DNA from: a virus
IMG/VR virus record: IMGVR_UViG_3300027749_000096
Coordinates: 1-64,000 of that record
Reading direction: 5' to 3' (one strand)
DNA: 64,000 nt
Every line of letters begins with the position of its first letter. Positions within the stretch are counted from its first letter, which is position 1. Below the pieces are notes generated by a model, which saw nothing but the letters and a program-made list of their open reading frames with translations, was not told where the DNA came from and did not search any database. Position numbers and translations under genes: made by a program. Positions 1-8,989 of this stretch are shown here, piece by piece.

Positions 1-384
1 ACTAGAGCTACATAAATATTTTCTTTGACCACTTAATAGTGTACCTTCTATAGGAATTCCATCACATGGAACATGTTCATATCCTTGTGAACTTTCTGTA
101 TTATTAATTAACAAATAACATAGACAATCAATAGGAATGGTTGTAGTACAATCAATAAGATTTAAGCTAGTATAAATAATGTTCATTATTTCAGTAACTG
201 TCATACCACTTATAATACCTGCACAATCATAATGATTTCCATTATAAATTATACAATCTGTTTCTATAGTTTGGTTACAGGGTTGTGTAGCAGGACATTG
301 TGTTGTAGTGCATACTACGGCAGTTCCTGTTGAACAGCAACAAGGAATTTTATTATCATATTTAGCATTACAATTACAAGACAT
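1..384 (-). CDS. Cys-rich putative fibre/virion protein (partial, runs off window)
   Basis: Manually read ORF from ATG 384, open to base 1: MSCNCNAKYDNKIPCCCSTG...TDCIIYNGNHYDCAGI. Shares the CI/VxY/WxG..C motif with the three adjacent genes. Confidence 0.75.
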   Translation of the reverse strand, partial: MSCNCNAKYDNKIPCCCSTGTAVVCTTTQCPATQPCNQTIETDCIIYNGNHYDCAGIISGMTVTEIMNIIYTSLNLIDCTTTIPIDCLCYLLINNTESSQGYEHVPCDGIPIEGTLLSGQRKYLCSSS

Positions 385-401
385 ATTTTATATTTTTATT
401 T

Positions 402-1577
402 TTAACACCATGTTCCTATAATATTAATAATAGCTATAGCACCATTACCTCCAGTATATGTAACTCCAGGAGAAGATTTATAAGAATATATAGTTAAAGG
501 AAAATTTACTCCATCTTGTGACCAACGTTGTCCATCACAAGCAATCCAACTAACCCTACAAGTATCTCCTGGGTCTGGTGTAAATATACCTTTATAACAA
601 TTACAATCTACAGGAGCAACTGTTGTAGTTGTTGATGTAGTTGTTGATGTACTTGTTGTTGAAGTTGTTGATGTAGTACTACTAGTTGTAGTAGGATTAG
701 GGAATGGTGCTCTTGTAGTAGTTGTAGTTGAAGTACAATTTGAAGAACAAAGACCTAAATCAGTTACACTAACATTATTAGTATCATAATTAATTAATCC
801 TTTTGTACAGATATTTTTAGTAGTATTAGGAGCAATAGATCCAGAACTAGTATTATTAGTATTACAATCTTTATATGTAAAAGATGAAACTGATGGTGAC
901 ATTCCAGCATCATAATATAAACTTAAACATTTACAAGGTAGAGTTGTAGTAGTAGATGTAGTTGGAGATATAGTAGTTGTAGTGGTTGTACTAGTGGTGG
1001 TTATAGGAGCACAAGCTCCACTTAAAGAACTTAATATAATATAAGTTGAATTAACAATAATCCAAGAAGATGGATTTATAGGTAAAGAAAAAGGAAGTTC
1101 TAAAATAGCATATACTGTATTAATACTACCTAACTGATCAGAAAATTGCCATATATTTGAAACAGAGTTCCAATAAACATATCCTATTAAATTTGTACAA
1201 TTGTTAATTTGTATTTTATAATAAGGTTTACCATTCCATAACTCTGAAGATGCAATAGATAAACAAGATTCTGTAATATCACCTCCATCATAATTAATTG
1301 TAAAACAAATATTTCTATCAATACAATCTGTTAAATTAGAAGCAATAATATTTATAATATCAGATAAAGAATCATTAGTTTTTAATCCATAACATGAAAT
1401 ATTTGGTCCTTTATATAAAATACAATCAGCATTATATAACTCATCACAAGGCTCACCTATACAAGGAGTTGTAGTTGTAGTGGTTATATTGTTAGTTGTA
1501 CTACAGCAGCTAGATGGAACAGTGTTACATCCACAGTCATAATTACAACCACAACCACAATTTGATGAATAATGCAT
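402..1577 (-). CDS. Cys-rich, poly-Thr linker putative virion/fibre protein
   Basis: 391 aa; DCILYKGPNISC motif; three Thr/Ser-rich tracts. Confidence 0.7.
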   Translation of the reverse strand: MHYSSNCGCGCNYDCGCNTVPSSCCSTTNNITTTTTTPCIGEPCDELYNADCILYKGPNISCYGLKTNDSLSDIINIIASNLTDCIDRNICFTINYDGGDITESCLSIASSELWNGKPYYKIQINNCTNLIGYVYWNSVSNIWQFSDQLGSINTVYAILELPFSLPINPSSWIIVNSTYIILSSLSGACAPITTTSTTTTTTISPTTSTTTTLPCKCLSLYYDAGMSPSVSSFTYKDCNTNNTSSGSIAPNTTKNICTKGLINYDTNNVSVTDLGLCSSNCTSTTTTTRAPFPNPTTTSSTTSTTSTTSTSTTTSTTTTVAPVDCNCYKGIFTPDPGDTCRVSWIACDGQRWSQDGVNFPLTIYSYKSSPGVTYTGGNGAIAIINIIGTWC

Positions 1578-1590
1578 TTTTTATTTAATA

Positions 1591-2079
1591 TTAAATGTTA
1601 AAATCAGTATAAGGACAGCTAAGATTAACAGATTGTAATCTTACAGTAGCTGTACCAACTGGTAATGTAATAGAATAACCTGGAGTAGTAAAAGCAGATT
1701 TAATTACATTTTGATCTCCATTTGTTATATTTCCCACTCCATCAATATAAAAAATATTATAAGGTCCTATATCAGGTCCAGAACTAAGTATTATTAATTT
1801 ATAAATATAACCATCTTCTTGATTAAGTTCACCAATTATATTACAACAATATGTTAAAGGAAATAATATATCTAATACTTTTAAAATCATACCACTTAAA
1901 GGATCTAAGTGAGTAATGTCAGAACATGTATGAGTTTCTCCTGAATATAAAACACAATCCAAATTAATCTTTTCTGGACACGGATCTGGAGGAACACATG
2001 TTGTTAGACATGTAACTCCAGGAGGTGTACAGAATGCACACGGTTCACAAAGAGGATTAGTTTTACAAGTACAAGACAT
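1591..2079 (-). CDS. Cys-rich putative virion protein (paralog)
   Basis: 162 aa; DCVLYSGETHTC motif. Confidence 0.7.
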   Translation of the reverse strand: MSCTCKTNPLCEPCAFCTPPGVTCLTTCVPPDPCPEKINLDCVLYSGETHTCSDITHLDPLSGMILKVLDILFPLTYCCNIIGELNQEDGYIYKLIILSSGPDIGPYNIFYIDGVGNITNGDQNVIKSAFTTPGYSITLPVGTATVRLQSVNLSCPYTDFNI

Positions 2080-2098
2080 ATTAGTTAATTAGTTTTTA

Positions 2099-3673
2099 TT
2101 ATGGAGCAAAACATTCAGTAGCTGTAATTGTAGTATATGAACCTGATGTTAAAGGTATAGCAGAAGAACTTCCTGTAACAAATTTATATAGTTGTGGTAT
2201 AGTTCCTGGTTTAACACATATTGGATCTGGACTAGTAGTATTAATTGCAGTAACAGTAAAATCAGGACTATCACATAAATAATATTGTACATATACTATA
2301 TTACCAACAGCTGTTTCTAAATCATATGAATTTATAGTTATGTTATATAAAAAACATCTAGCAACTGTAGTTGTAGTGGTAGTAGTTGGAGTAATAGGAG
2401 GACGAACTATAGAAACTGTTTTACTACAAGTTCCAGCATCATTCATTATACAACCTGTCACTGTAATAGTCCATGGTAAAGTACCATCTAAAGTTGCTCC
2501 TGTTATTTCAAAAGTAACTCCTCCACTAGCTGTACTAGCATAAATTAAACTAAAATTATTACTAGTACTACTGTTATATACATTTCCATTAGGGTCTTCA
2601 ATTCTTACAGAAGAAAGAATAGGACAATCAATGTATCCAGCACCTTCTGGTATGTAAGTTAGCATAGGATCATTAAATTGTAATGTTATATAATCTGTAC
2701 TTGCAGAACTTACTGTAAATCCTAATAAAAAAGAAGAACATCTATTACCTCCACAACAAGATTTTAAATCATTAATTACACCTCTCATATCACACACTGT
2801 AATCCATAAGTTCTGCATTGATTGAGCAACAGTATTAATAGTGTTATTCCAACCAGCAATACTAGACATTGTACCTGATTGACTTAGTGCATTTAAAGCC
2901 CCTAAGTTAGCACATTGAGAACCAGCAGCAGATAATAATTGAGTATTAGTTCCTAAAGTATATCTAAGGTTACAATATTCAACATCTAATGAAGCAACAA
3001 CATCATCTATTTGAGTAATTCTACCTCCCACTATACTTCCATATGTACAATTGGGTATAATTGTTGGAGCTACATAACAACAAGGAGCATCTTCTAATGC
3101 TGTAACTCTTCCATCAAGATCACTAAGTTGACTTGTATGTTCTTCCACTGTAGCTTTTAATGCACAAAATGCATTAGCTAAATTAATTACATAAGGAGTT
3201 AATGGAAGTGTTGTTACAAGCTGTTCTGTAAAAGGATCATTATATTGTAAACAAGCAGGTAAATCTAAAATAGGTTCAGAAGAACCACCAGGTCTTCCTG
3301 CAGTATTACCTGTTGTACTACCACCAGTACTAGTTGCTAAATTATTAATAGCTGTAGTAAGCTCCTCATATGTACAACATATTTTATTTATAATAAGTTG
3401 TAATACAGCAGCTGTTGTTATTTCAGGTGCAGCAGTGGTAGAGCATAATTGTAATAAACAATCAAGTTGTAAAAGAGAAACACCATTAGGTTCAGTGAGA
3501 GCTGTGGTTGTTTGTATGCTACAAAGTTCTACAGCTAGTTTATAAACTATATCAGATACACTATCTCCTTTACATAAGTTAATACATGAGATATTAGGTC
3601 CCTGCCATATCACACAATTAGATGATATAGGAGAACAGTTTTCTTTATCTGAACTTGATTGATATGGTTTCAT
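2099..3673 (-). CDS. Cys-rich coiled-coil putative fibre protein
   Basis: 524 aa; NCVIWQGPNISC motif, heptad segment LSDLDGRVTALE, poly-Thr tract. Confidence 0.7.
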   Translation of the reverse strand: MKPYQSSSDKENCSPISSNCVIWQGPNISCINLCKGDSVSDIVYKLAVELCSIQTTTALTEPNGVSLLQLDCLLQLCSTTAAPEITTAAVLQLIINKICCTYEELTTAINNLATSTGGSTTGNTAGRPGGSSEPILDLPACLQYNDPFTEQLVTTLPLTPYVINLANAFCALKATVEEHTSQLSDLDGRVTALEDAPCCYVAPTIIPNCTYGSIVGGRITQIDDVVASLDVEYCNLRYTLGTNTQLLSAAGSQCANLGALNALSQSGTMSSIAGWNNTINTVAQSMQNLWITVCDMRGVINDLKSCCGGNRCSSFLLGFTVSSASTDYITLQFNDPMLTYIPEGAGYIDCPILSSVRIEDPNGNVYNSSTSNNFSLIYASTASGGVTFEITGATLDGTLPWTITVTGCIMNDAGTCSKTVSIVRPPITPTTTTTTTVARCFLYNITINSYDLETAVGNIVYVQYYLCDSPDFTVTAINTTSPDPICVKPGTIPQLYKFVTGSSSAIPLTSGSYTTITATECFAP

Positions 3674-3679
3674 ATTATA

Positions 3680-3841
3680 TTAAGGGTTTATTTCTTCTAC
3701 TATTGGTTTTTCTTCAACAGCTTTTTTCTGTTCTTGAATTTTTGAATTTAAAAAATTTAACAAAGGAAGCCCGTGTTTTACAGGAAGTTCTTGAATGTAA
3801 TTGTTTAATTCATTTAGATCTTTTTCATTAAGTGTTAACAT
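3680..3841 (-). CDS. small hypothetical protein (53 aa)
   Basis: Manually read: MLTLNEKDLNELNNYIQELPVKHGLPLLNFLNSKIQEQKK...; lies downstream of a late-promoter-like motif. Confidence 0.7.
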   Translation of the reverse strand: MLTLNEKDLNELNNYIQELPVKHGLPLLNFLNSKIQEQKKAVEEKPIVEEINP

Positions 3842-3872
3842 AACTTTAGTTGGTTTTTAATTATTAAATGTA

Positions 3873-3907
3873 TAATATAATATACGTTATTATTTTATTA
3901 TTTCAAA
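3873..3907 (-). promoter_or_regulatory. putative phage late promoter
   Basis: Minus strand TTTG-N18-GTATATTATATTA; repeated upstream of several minus-strand genes. Confidence 0.6.
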
Positions 3908-3918
3908 ATTAGAAAATT

Positions 3919-4143
3919 TTAATTATTTATTTTAGATACATATGCTGCTATCTCAGATTGTCTCTGTGCATCCACTTCAAAACCTGTCATTGAGTTATTA
4001 CTTATAACAACAATATCTTTAGAAAAATCAGGTGCTATCCCATCTGTAGGATGTAAAGCTAAAGTTATTGTAACTGAGTAATTACCATTTTCATCAGAAG
4101 ATGTTTCAATACTATAATCATATTTTATTAATTCGTATTTCAT
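3919..4143 (-). CDS. hypothetical protein (possible tail-fibre accessory)
   Basis: 74-aa ORF directly downstream of the tail fibre. Confidence 0.65.
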   Translation of the reverse strand: MKYELIKYDYSIETSSDENGNYSVTITLALHPTDGIAPDFSKDIVVISNNSMTGFEVDAQRQSEIAAYVSKINN

Positions 4144-4154
4144 ATTTATTTATT

Positions 4155-7100
4155 TTATTGTACTAAAAGCCAATCAAACGCAACTGTACCTGTTAATCCT
4201 GTTAAAAAAGTAACTGTAAAAGTTGTTGTTGTTTTAGATGTCACATATAATACTGCTGCTGTTAAAGCATTAGTAGGAGTTATTAAAACTTGATAAGTTG
4301 AATTGGGTTGAGTACCTCCAAATGTAACAGTAAAAGCTGTTGTTGCAGTTCCTGTTGCACTAAAACTACCACTATATCCTTTTAAAGCATTTTGTCTAGT
4401 TCCATTAGCTGTACAATAAAAATTATTTCCATCAAATTCAATAGCTCCATTTTCAACAACAGTTAAATTTGTACCACTTGTAAATTTTAAAGGAGCTGTA
4501 TTTGCAGTAGCAGTACCAGCTTTAATATGTACTAATGCAGTAATAGTAGTTAATCCAAAACCTGTTTTACCTGATGTAGAATTAAAAACATTATCTCCAA
4601 CAGTATTTTCAAAAGCTCTATGTGTAAACCCACTTGTCAATCCTGTTACATCAGGTGCATAATAAATTCCTCTAAAAAATACACCTGTAGCAGCATCTTT
4701 AGTTAAAGTTGGTCTTAAATCAATAACTCTAGCATCCCCTGTAGATTGTGTTGAAATAGCAGAGGTTGTACCTATAATTGAAGCAATACCAACAGCCCCA
4801 AATTGAGCATTAAAATTAAATTTTATACCTGTATTAGCACTTGTTCCATTTGTAAAAACTAAAGTTGTTCCAATTGATGATAAATTTGTTACTCTAACAT
4901 CAGCACCTGCAACTATACTTATTCTATTATTGGTTGTTGTAATAGAACATCCACCTGTTGCTCCATTAGTTATCATTGTAGCTGCATCTATAGCTAATGT
5001 ACCTGTTGTTCTTACTGCACCATTAATATCTAATTTATATGTAGCACTAGGAACATTACCTATTCCAACGTTACCACTAGTTGAACATAAATATACATCC
5101 CCTGTTGTATTTTCCCAAGCTCTATGAGTAGTATTTGTTAAACTTGTTAATGTAGGAGCATAATAAACACCTCTTGCTATAATACCTGTTTGAGTTCCTG
5201 TAAAATTATAGGTTGGAGATAACCATAATGTATTACCTGATACACTAGCAATATTACCATCTGTGAATCCCCCATATACTCTCATTACAGAAAATGAAGT
5301 ACTTGTTAATGCAGCAGTACTTGATGTTCCTGTATAGCTTCTAAACTGAAACATATCAGTAGCATTACTTAATGATGAACCTTGAAACTGAACAGTTCTA
5401 TCTACTCCTGTTACTGTAATACCTTGTCCTGTAGTACTTGCATTACCACTTGTTAATATCTCAAAATTTCCAAATCTATGTCCATTTGCTGTTGCTGTAA
5501 TACTACCATTAAAAGTTTTAGCTCCTGCAAAAGTTTGAGCTGATATATTTACAAATCCTCTAACTGAAGCACTTGCATCAGGAATAGTTAATACACCTGC
5601 ATTAGATAGAGCAAATGCTCCTGTAGCTGAGTCAAGAGTTAGTGCTACTCCTGTAGCTACACCACTACCATTACCTACAAATATATTTGTACTTGCAAGA
5701 GATGAAGTACCTGCTCCAATAGCTGTTCTAAAATCAGATGCATTTAAAGTAGAAACTGTATTATCAGCATTTATTCTTGGGAAAGTTATTGCTGATGGAT
5801 TAGTAAGAGTAAAGAAATTATCACCAACTGTTGTAGAACCTAAATTAGTTCTTGCTCCTGCTGCTGTTGTTGCTCCTGTACCACCATATAAAATACCTAT
5901 GGCACTACCATTCCAAGTTCCTCCTGTAAATGAACCAACATAACTAAAAGTATTTGTTGACCAACTAACATTTGAAGGTGCTTGAAAATGGGCATCCCAA
6001 CTTCCAGCAGCTATTGAATTATCTATTAAAGTTAATACTAAGTATCCTCCTGATGGAATAGATTTTACTAAAGTATTAGAATTATTATTTACAAGTATTG
6101 CTCCACTACTTTGATTATTATTAAAATCATATACTGCTCCATTTGGTAAAGTGGTAGCATCTGGTAGTTTAATTGTTTGTCCACCACTTCCTGTGACTAA
6201 ATAAGATGGAGTAGAATTAACTGTTAAAGTTATTAATGTACCTGAAGCAACAACTGAAGTAAATCCATCAAAAAAGTTATTAGCTAATACATTATTTGTA
6301 CCATAAGTACTATAAGGAACGTATCCTGATAAACTAATAGTATTAGTTAATATACCTGCACTTAAACTTAATCCTGTACCAATAGATATTTCTTCCATCA
6401 CACCTACACCTGCTGTACTTCTACCAATAAGTTTATTAGTAGCCATTGAAGTGGAAATAACAGGAGTGTTACCACCACTAGATGTAATAGGACTTGTAGC
6501 TGTAACAGCAGTGACAGCAGAAGTTAAATATGTAGGAGTAAAATATTCTAAAGCTGTTGCTCCAGAGTTTACTCTAATAAGTTGATTAGCAGTACCTAAA
6601 GCAGTTAAATTTGTTCCTCCTTTAGAAATACCTAATGTTCCTCCAATATTATTTAAAGATAGATTAGCTTCATTAACATCAATACTGAATGCTTGTAAAG
6701 CTGCCCCAGTTGGTGTTCCTGCTAATGTAATTTTAGTAGAAGCTGCTGTAACATTTGAAGGAATTACTGTAGGAATAGAAAGAGTTATACTACCATCTGT
6801 CCCAGCAAATACACCATTAACTGATAAAGCTAATGTACCATCAGCATTTGGAAATTTATGAAGTCTTGAAGCAGTTAAAAGATCTGTTCCAAGTCTTTCC
6901 ATAATAGTACCATCTTTTGAAAATACTGTTTGACCATCAGCTGTTGCTGTAGTATTAGCTCCAAAAAAATTTACATAAGAAAATATATTACCTTGGATAG
7001 TAGAAGAATTATATCCTGCATTTTCTCCAAGAGCATTTACAAAAGAACCTGTATTTTGATCTAAAGCATGATCTCCTATAGCAACAATAGCAGATCCAGT

Positions 7101-7532
7101 ATTTTGTAATGCTGCTTGATAACCTATTGCTTTTACATCATATCCTGTACTTAATCCTGCTGCATTAGTACCTATTGCTACTGTAGTGTCTTCAATTAAC
7201 ACAGAAGGTCCATCTCCAATTTTAATAAAATTATCATTACCATGAAAAGGAACATTATTTATTATAATATCATTAGTAGTATTACTTCCTATATCTGTTA
7301 CCTGTTGTAAATTTGGTATAGTTCCTCCTCCACCACTTGCTACCCAATTACTTCCATCCCAAAAATATTGTACATCCTCATCTGTATCATAACATACATA
7401 TCCTTGGTCAGCAGCAGTTAAACTACCACCAACAGTAGTTCTATCAGCTGTAGATAGAGGGTTTAATAAAAGATTAATTATCTTATTATTTCCTATATCA
7501 AGAGTATGTAGATATTTTTTTATTTCTGCCAT
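4155..7532 (-). CDS. tail fibre / receptor-binding protein
   Basis: 1125 aa, rich in Gly/Thr/Ser/Ala; LQQVTDxG, KGGT and YGGTGA fibre motifs, GNVGIG, and an internal repeat RGxYYAP...THRAxENTxGD. Confidence 0.75.
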   Translation of the reverse strand: MAEIKKYLHTLDIGNNKIINLLLNPLSTADRTTVGGSLTAADQGYVCYDTDEDVQYFWDGSNWVASGGGGTIPNLQQVTDIGSNTTNDIIINNVPFHGNDNFIKIGDGPSVLIEDTTVAIGTNAAGLSTGYDVKAIGYQAALQNTGSAIVAIGDHALDQNTGSFVNALGENAGYNSSTIQGNIFSYVNFFGANTTATADGQTVFSKDGTIMERLGTDLLTASRLHKFPNADGTLALSVNGVFAGTDGSITLSIPTVIPSNVTAASTKITLAGTPTGAALQAFSIDVNEANLSLNNIGGTLGISKGGTNLTALGTANQLIRVNSGATALEYFTPTYLTSAVTAVTATSPITSSGGNTPVISTSMATNKLIGRSTAGVGVMEEISIGTGLSLSAGILTNTISLSGYVPYSTYGTNNVLANNFFDGFTSVVASGTLITLTVNSTPSYLVTGSGGQTIKLPDATTLPNGAVYDFNNNQSSGAILVNNNSNTLVKSIPSGGYLVLTLIDNSIAAGSWDAHFQAPSNVSWSTNTFSYVGSFTGGTWNGSAIGILYGGTGATTAAGARTNLGSTTVGDNFFTLTNPSAITFPRINADNTVSTLNASDFRTAIGAGTSSLASTNIFVGNGSGVATGVALTLDSATGAFALSNAGVLTIPDASASVRGFVNISAQTFAGAKTFNGSITATANGHRFGNFEILTSGNASTTGQGITVTGVDRTVQFQGSSLSNATDMFQFRSYTGTSSTAALTSTSFSVMRVYGGFTDGNIASVSGNTLWLSPTYNFTGTQTGIIARGVYYAPTLTSLTNTTHRAWENTTGDVYLCSTSGNVGIGNVPSATYKLDINGAVRTTGTLAIDAATMITNGATGGCSITTTNNRISIVAGADVRVTNLSSIGTTLVFTNGTSANTGIKFNFNAQFGAVGIASIIGTTSAISTQSTGDARVIDLRPTLTKDAATGVFFRGIYYAPDVTGLTSGFTHRAFENTVGDNVFNSTSGKTGFGLTTITALVHIKAGTATANTAPLKFTSGTNLTVVENGAIEFDGNNFYCTANGTRQNALKGYSGSFSATGTATTAFTVTFGGTQPNSTYQVLITPTNALTAAVLYVTSKTTTTFTVTFLTGLTGTVAFDWLLVQ

Positions 7533-8155
7533 TATGATAAGTGTGCTGTACCAGCTTGAGGAGTGCTGAAGGTTATACTAATAGTGTTTGTATTAACTAC
7601 GGCTAATGTACCACTGATGTCATGTCCATCACAATCTTCTGTCCAAACATTTGGAGTGTATCCTAAATTATGGTTAATATACCATACAGCTTGTGGATCA
7701 GAACAGTTTTGAGCATATGTAAATGAAGTACCATTATTAATAGTGATGGAAGGATTTACATTTATACGTGTAATACATCCTCCAGCATTCACTTCTATAA
7801 TATTAGCTGACCCATTATTATCTGCATAAGACATTCCTATAGAAGAAGGACCTCTATTACATCTTTGAATTTGGTACCTACTTGTATCCATCCAAGGTGG
7901 TTGATAATCACAACTCTCATCATGTGTAGGATAGTATACAGGCAGCCAACCCATTTGTTGAATAGATACTTCACATAGAGCCCCTCCATCATCAGTGTAC
8001 TGATAATTAACTAAGTCTTTACGGATTTCATCCATCCATAGTTTACCACTTTTTCTACAAGATTGAATACCATACTTCTGTCTACGAAATTCATCATAAA
8101 CAGAGTTAGCAAAATTTACTAAGTATTTTTCTCTTTGTGGTAATAAGTTTCTCAT
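7532..8155 (-). CDS. crAss-like structural protein (ring/tail hub-associated)
   Basis: 207 aa; C-terminal WxIxHNLG..P.V beta-domain common in virion proteins; gene context. Confidence 0.55.
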   Translation of the reverse strand: MRNLLPQREKYLVNFANSVYDEFRRQKYGIQSCRKSGKLWMDEIRKDLVNYQYTDDGGALCEVSIQQMGWLPVYYPTHDESCDYQPPWMDTSRYQIQRCNRGPSSIGMSYADNNGSANIIEVNAGGCITRINVNPSITINNGTSFTYAQNCSDPQAVWYINHNLGYTPNVWTEDCDGHDISGTLAVVNTNTISITFSTPQAGTAHLS

Positions 8156-8157
8156 TA

Positions 8158-8289
8158 TTAAGGTTTTTTAGCATTAGCCAGCTTTTGTTCATAAGCATTA
8201 ATACATGCTGAACAACATTGTTTCCCATCTGAAGCTGATCTTTTTTGACAACCACAACTAATTGGGGCATTACAATTTGGACAATTCAT
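8158..8289 (-). CDS. small Cys-rich metal-binding peptide (43 aa)
   Basis: Manually read: MNCPNCNAPISCGCQKRSASDGKQCCSACINAYEQKLANAKKP. Confidence 0.7.
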   Translation of the reverse strand: MNCPNCNAPISCGCQKRSASDGKQCCSACINAYEQKLANAKKP

Positions 8290-8315
8290 TTTATTTGGTT
8301 TTTTTTATGAATAAA

Positions 8316-8858
8316 TTAACAATAACTTCCGTATTTCTGTAATCTTGATTGAGCATACATAAGCAGTTCCATCCCTTCTTGTAAATCATTACATTGTTCC
8401 ACTTTAGCTTTAGCTGCATCAATATAAGATTTAATAAGTCTAAGTTCATTTAGCTGATCTTTTACATCAGGTTCTGGTTCACATGCTGCTAGTTCCACCT
8501 TACAAAGTTCATTATAATATTTATTTGTAATCATACAAACTCTAAGATAATGATATTGAACAAACACTTTATCATTTGGACTTACAGAATATCTTATAGT
8601 GTAGATACCATCAGGTAGACGTTCACTAATTGTACCACATCCAGCACTTTGTATACCAAGAGTACATCCGTTTAGAATAAGATTGAATCCTGATATAACA
8701 TCTATAGCCACTGGTTCATTAAAACCTGGGGATGTAATTTCTAATTTGTTACAAGTAACAGGCACATGAGGGTCATATATACTAGTATCTAGTACACGGA
8801 ACACTGAACAATTATTTGTATCTGGTACATCTAAACTTAACTGGTGTTTGTAAGCCAT
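8316..8858 (-). CDS. crAss-like structural (tail hub-like) protein
   Basis: 180 aa; LPDGIYTIRYSV motif seen in crAss-like tail proteins; gene context. Confidence 0.6.
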   Translation of the reverse strand: MAYKHQLSLDVPDTNNCSVFRVLDTSIYDPHVPVTCNKLEITSPGFNEPVAIDVISGFNLILNGCTLGIQSAGCGTISERLPDGIYTIRYSVSPNDKVFVQYHYLRVCMITNKYYNELCKVELAACEPEPDVKDQLNELRLIKSYIDAAKAKVEQCNDLQEGMELLMYAQSRLQKYGSYC

Positions 8859-8898
8859 TTTATAAACTTTATAGATTTAAAGAGAAAGTATCTCCTCA

Positions 8899-8932
8899 AT
8901 AATAATATACTATTTTTTGAGCAGTTTTCAAA
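8899..8932 (-). promoter_or_regulatory. putative phage late promoter
   Basis: TTTG-N18-GTATATTATTAT on the minus strand. Confidence 0.55.
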
Positions 8933-8933
8933 A

Positions 8934-8969
8934 TAAAAAAAGGGAGAGACATGAAGTCTTCTCCCTTTT
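8934..8969 (-). terminator. Rho-independent terminator
   Basis: AAAAGGGAGA...TCTCCCTTTT stem with a T-run on the minus strand, after the 676-aa gene. Confidence 0.8.
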
Positions 8970-8989
8970 CGGTTTTAAGGATTATGATA

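Noticed and set aside
620-1010. Poly-(GTT/GTA) tracts as DNA microsatellites
   Set aside because: Third positions vary; they are explained by Thr/Ser-rich protein linkers.
402-7532. Diversity-generating retroelement targeting fibre genes
   Set aside because: No reverse transcriptase and no adenine-variant template/variable repeat pair seen in this window.
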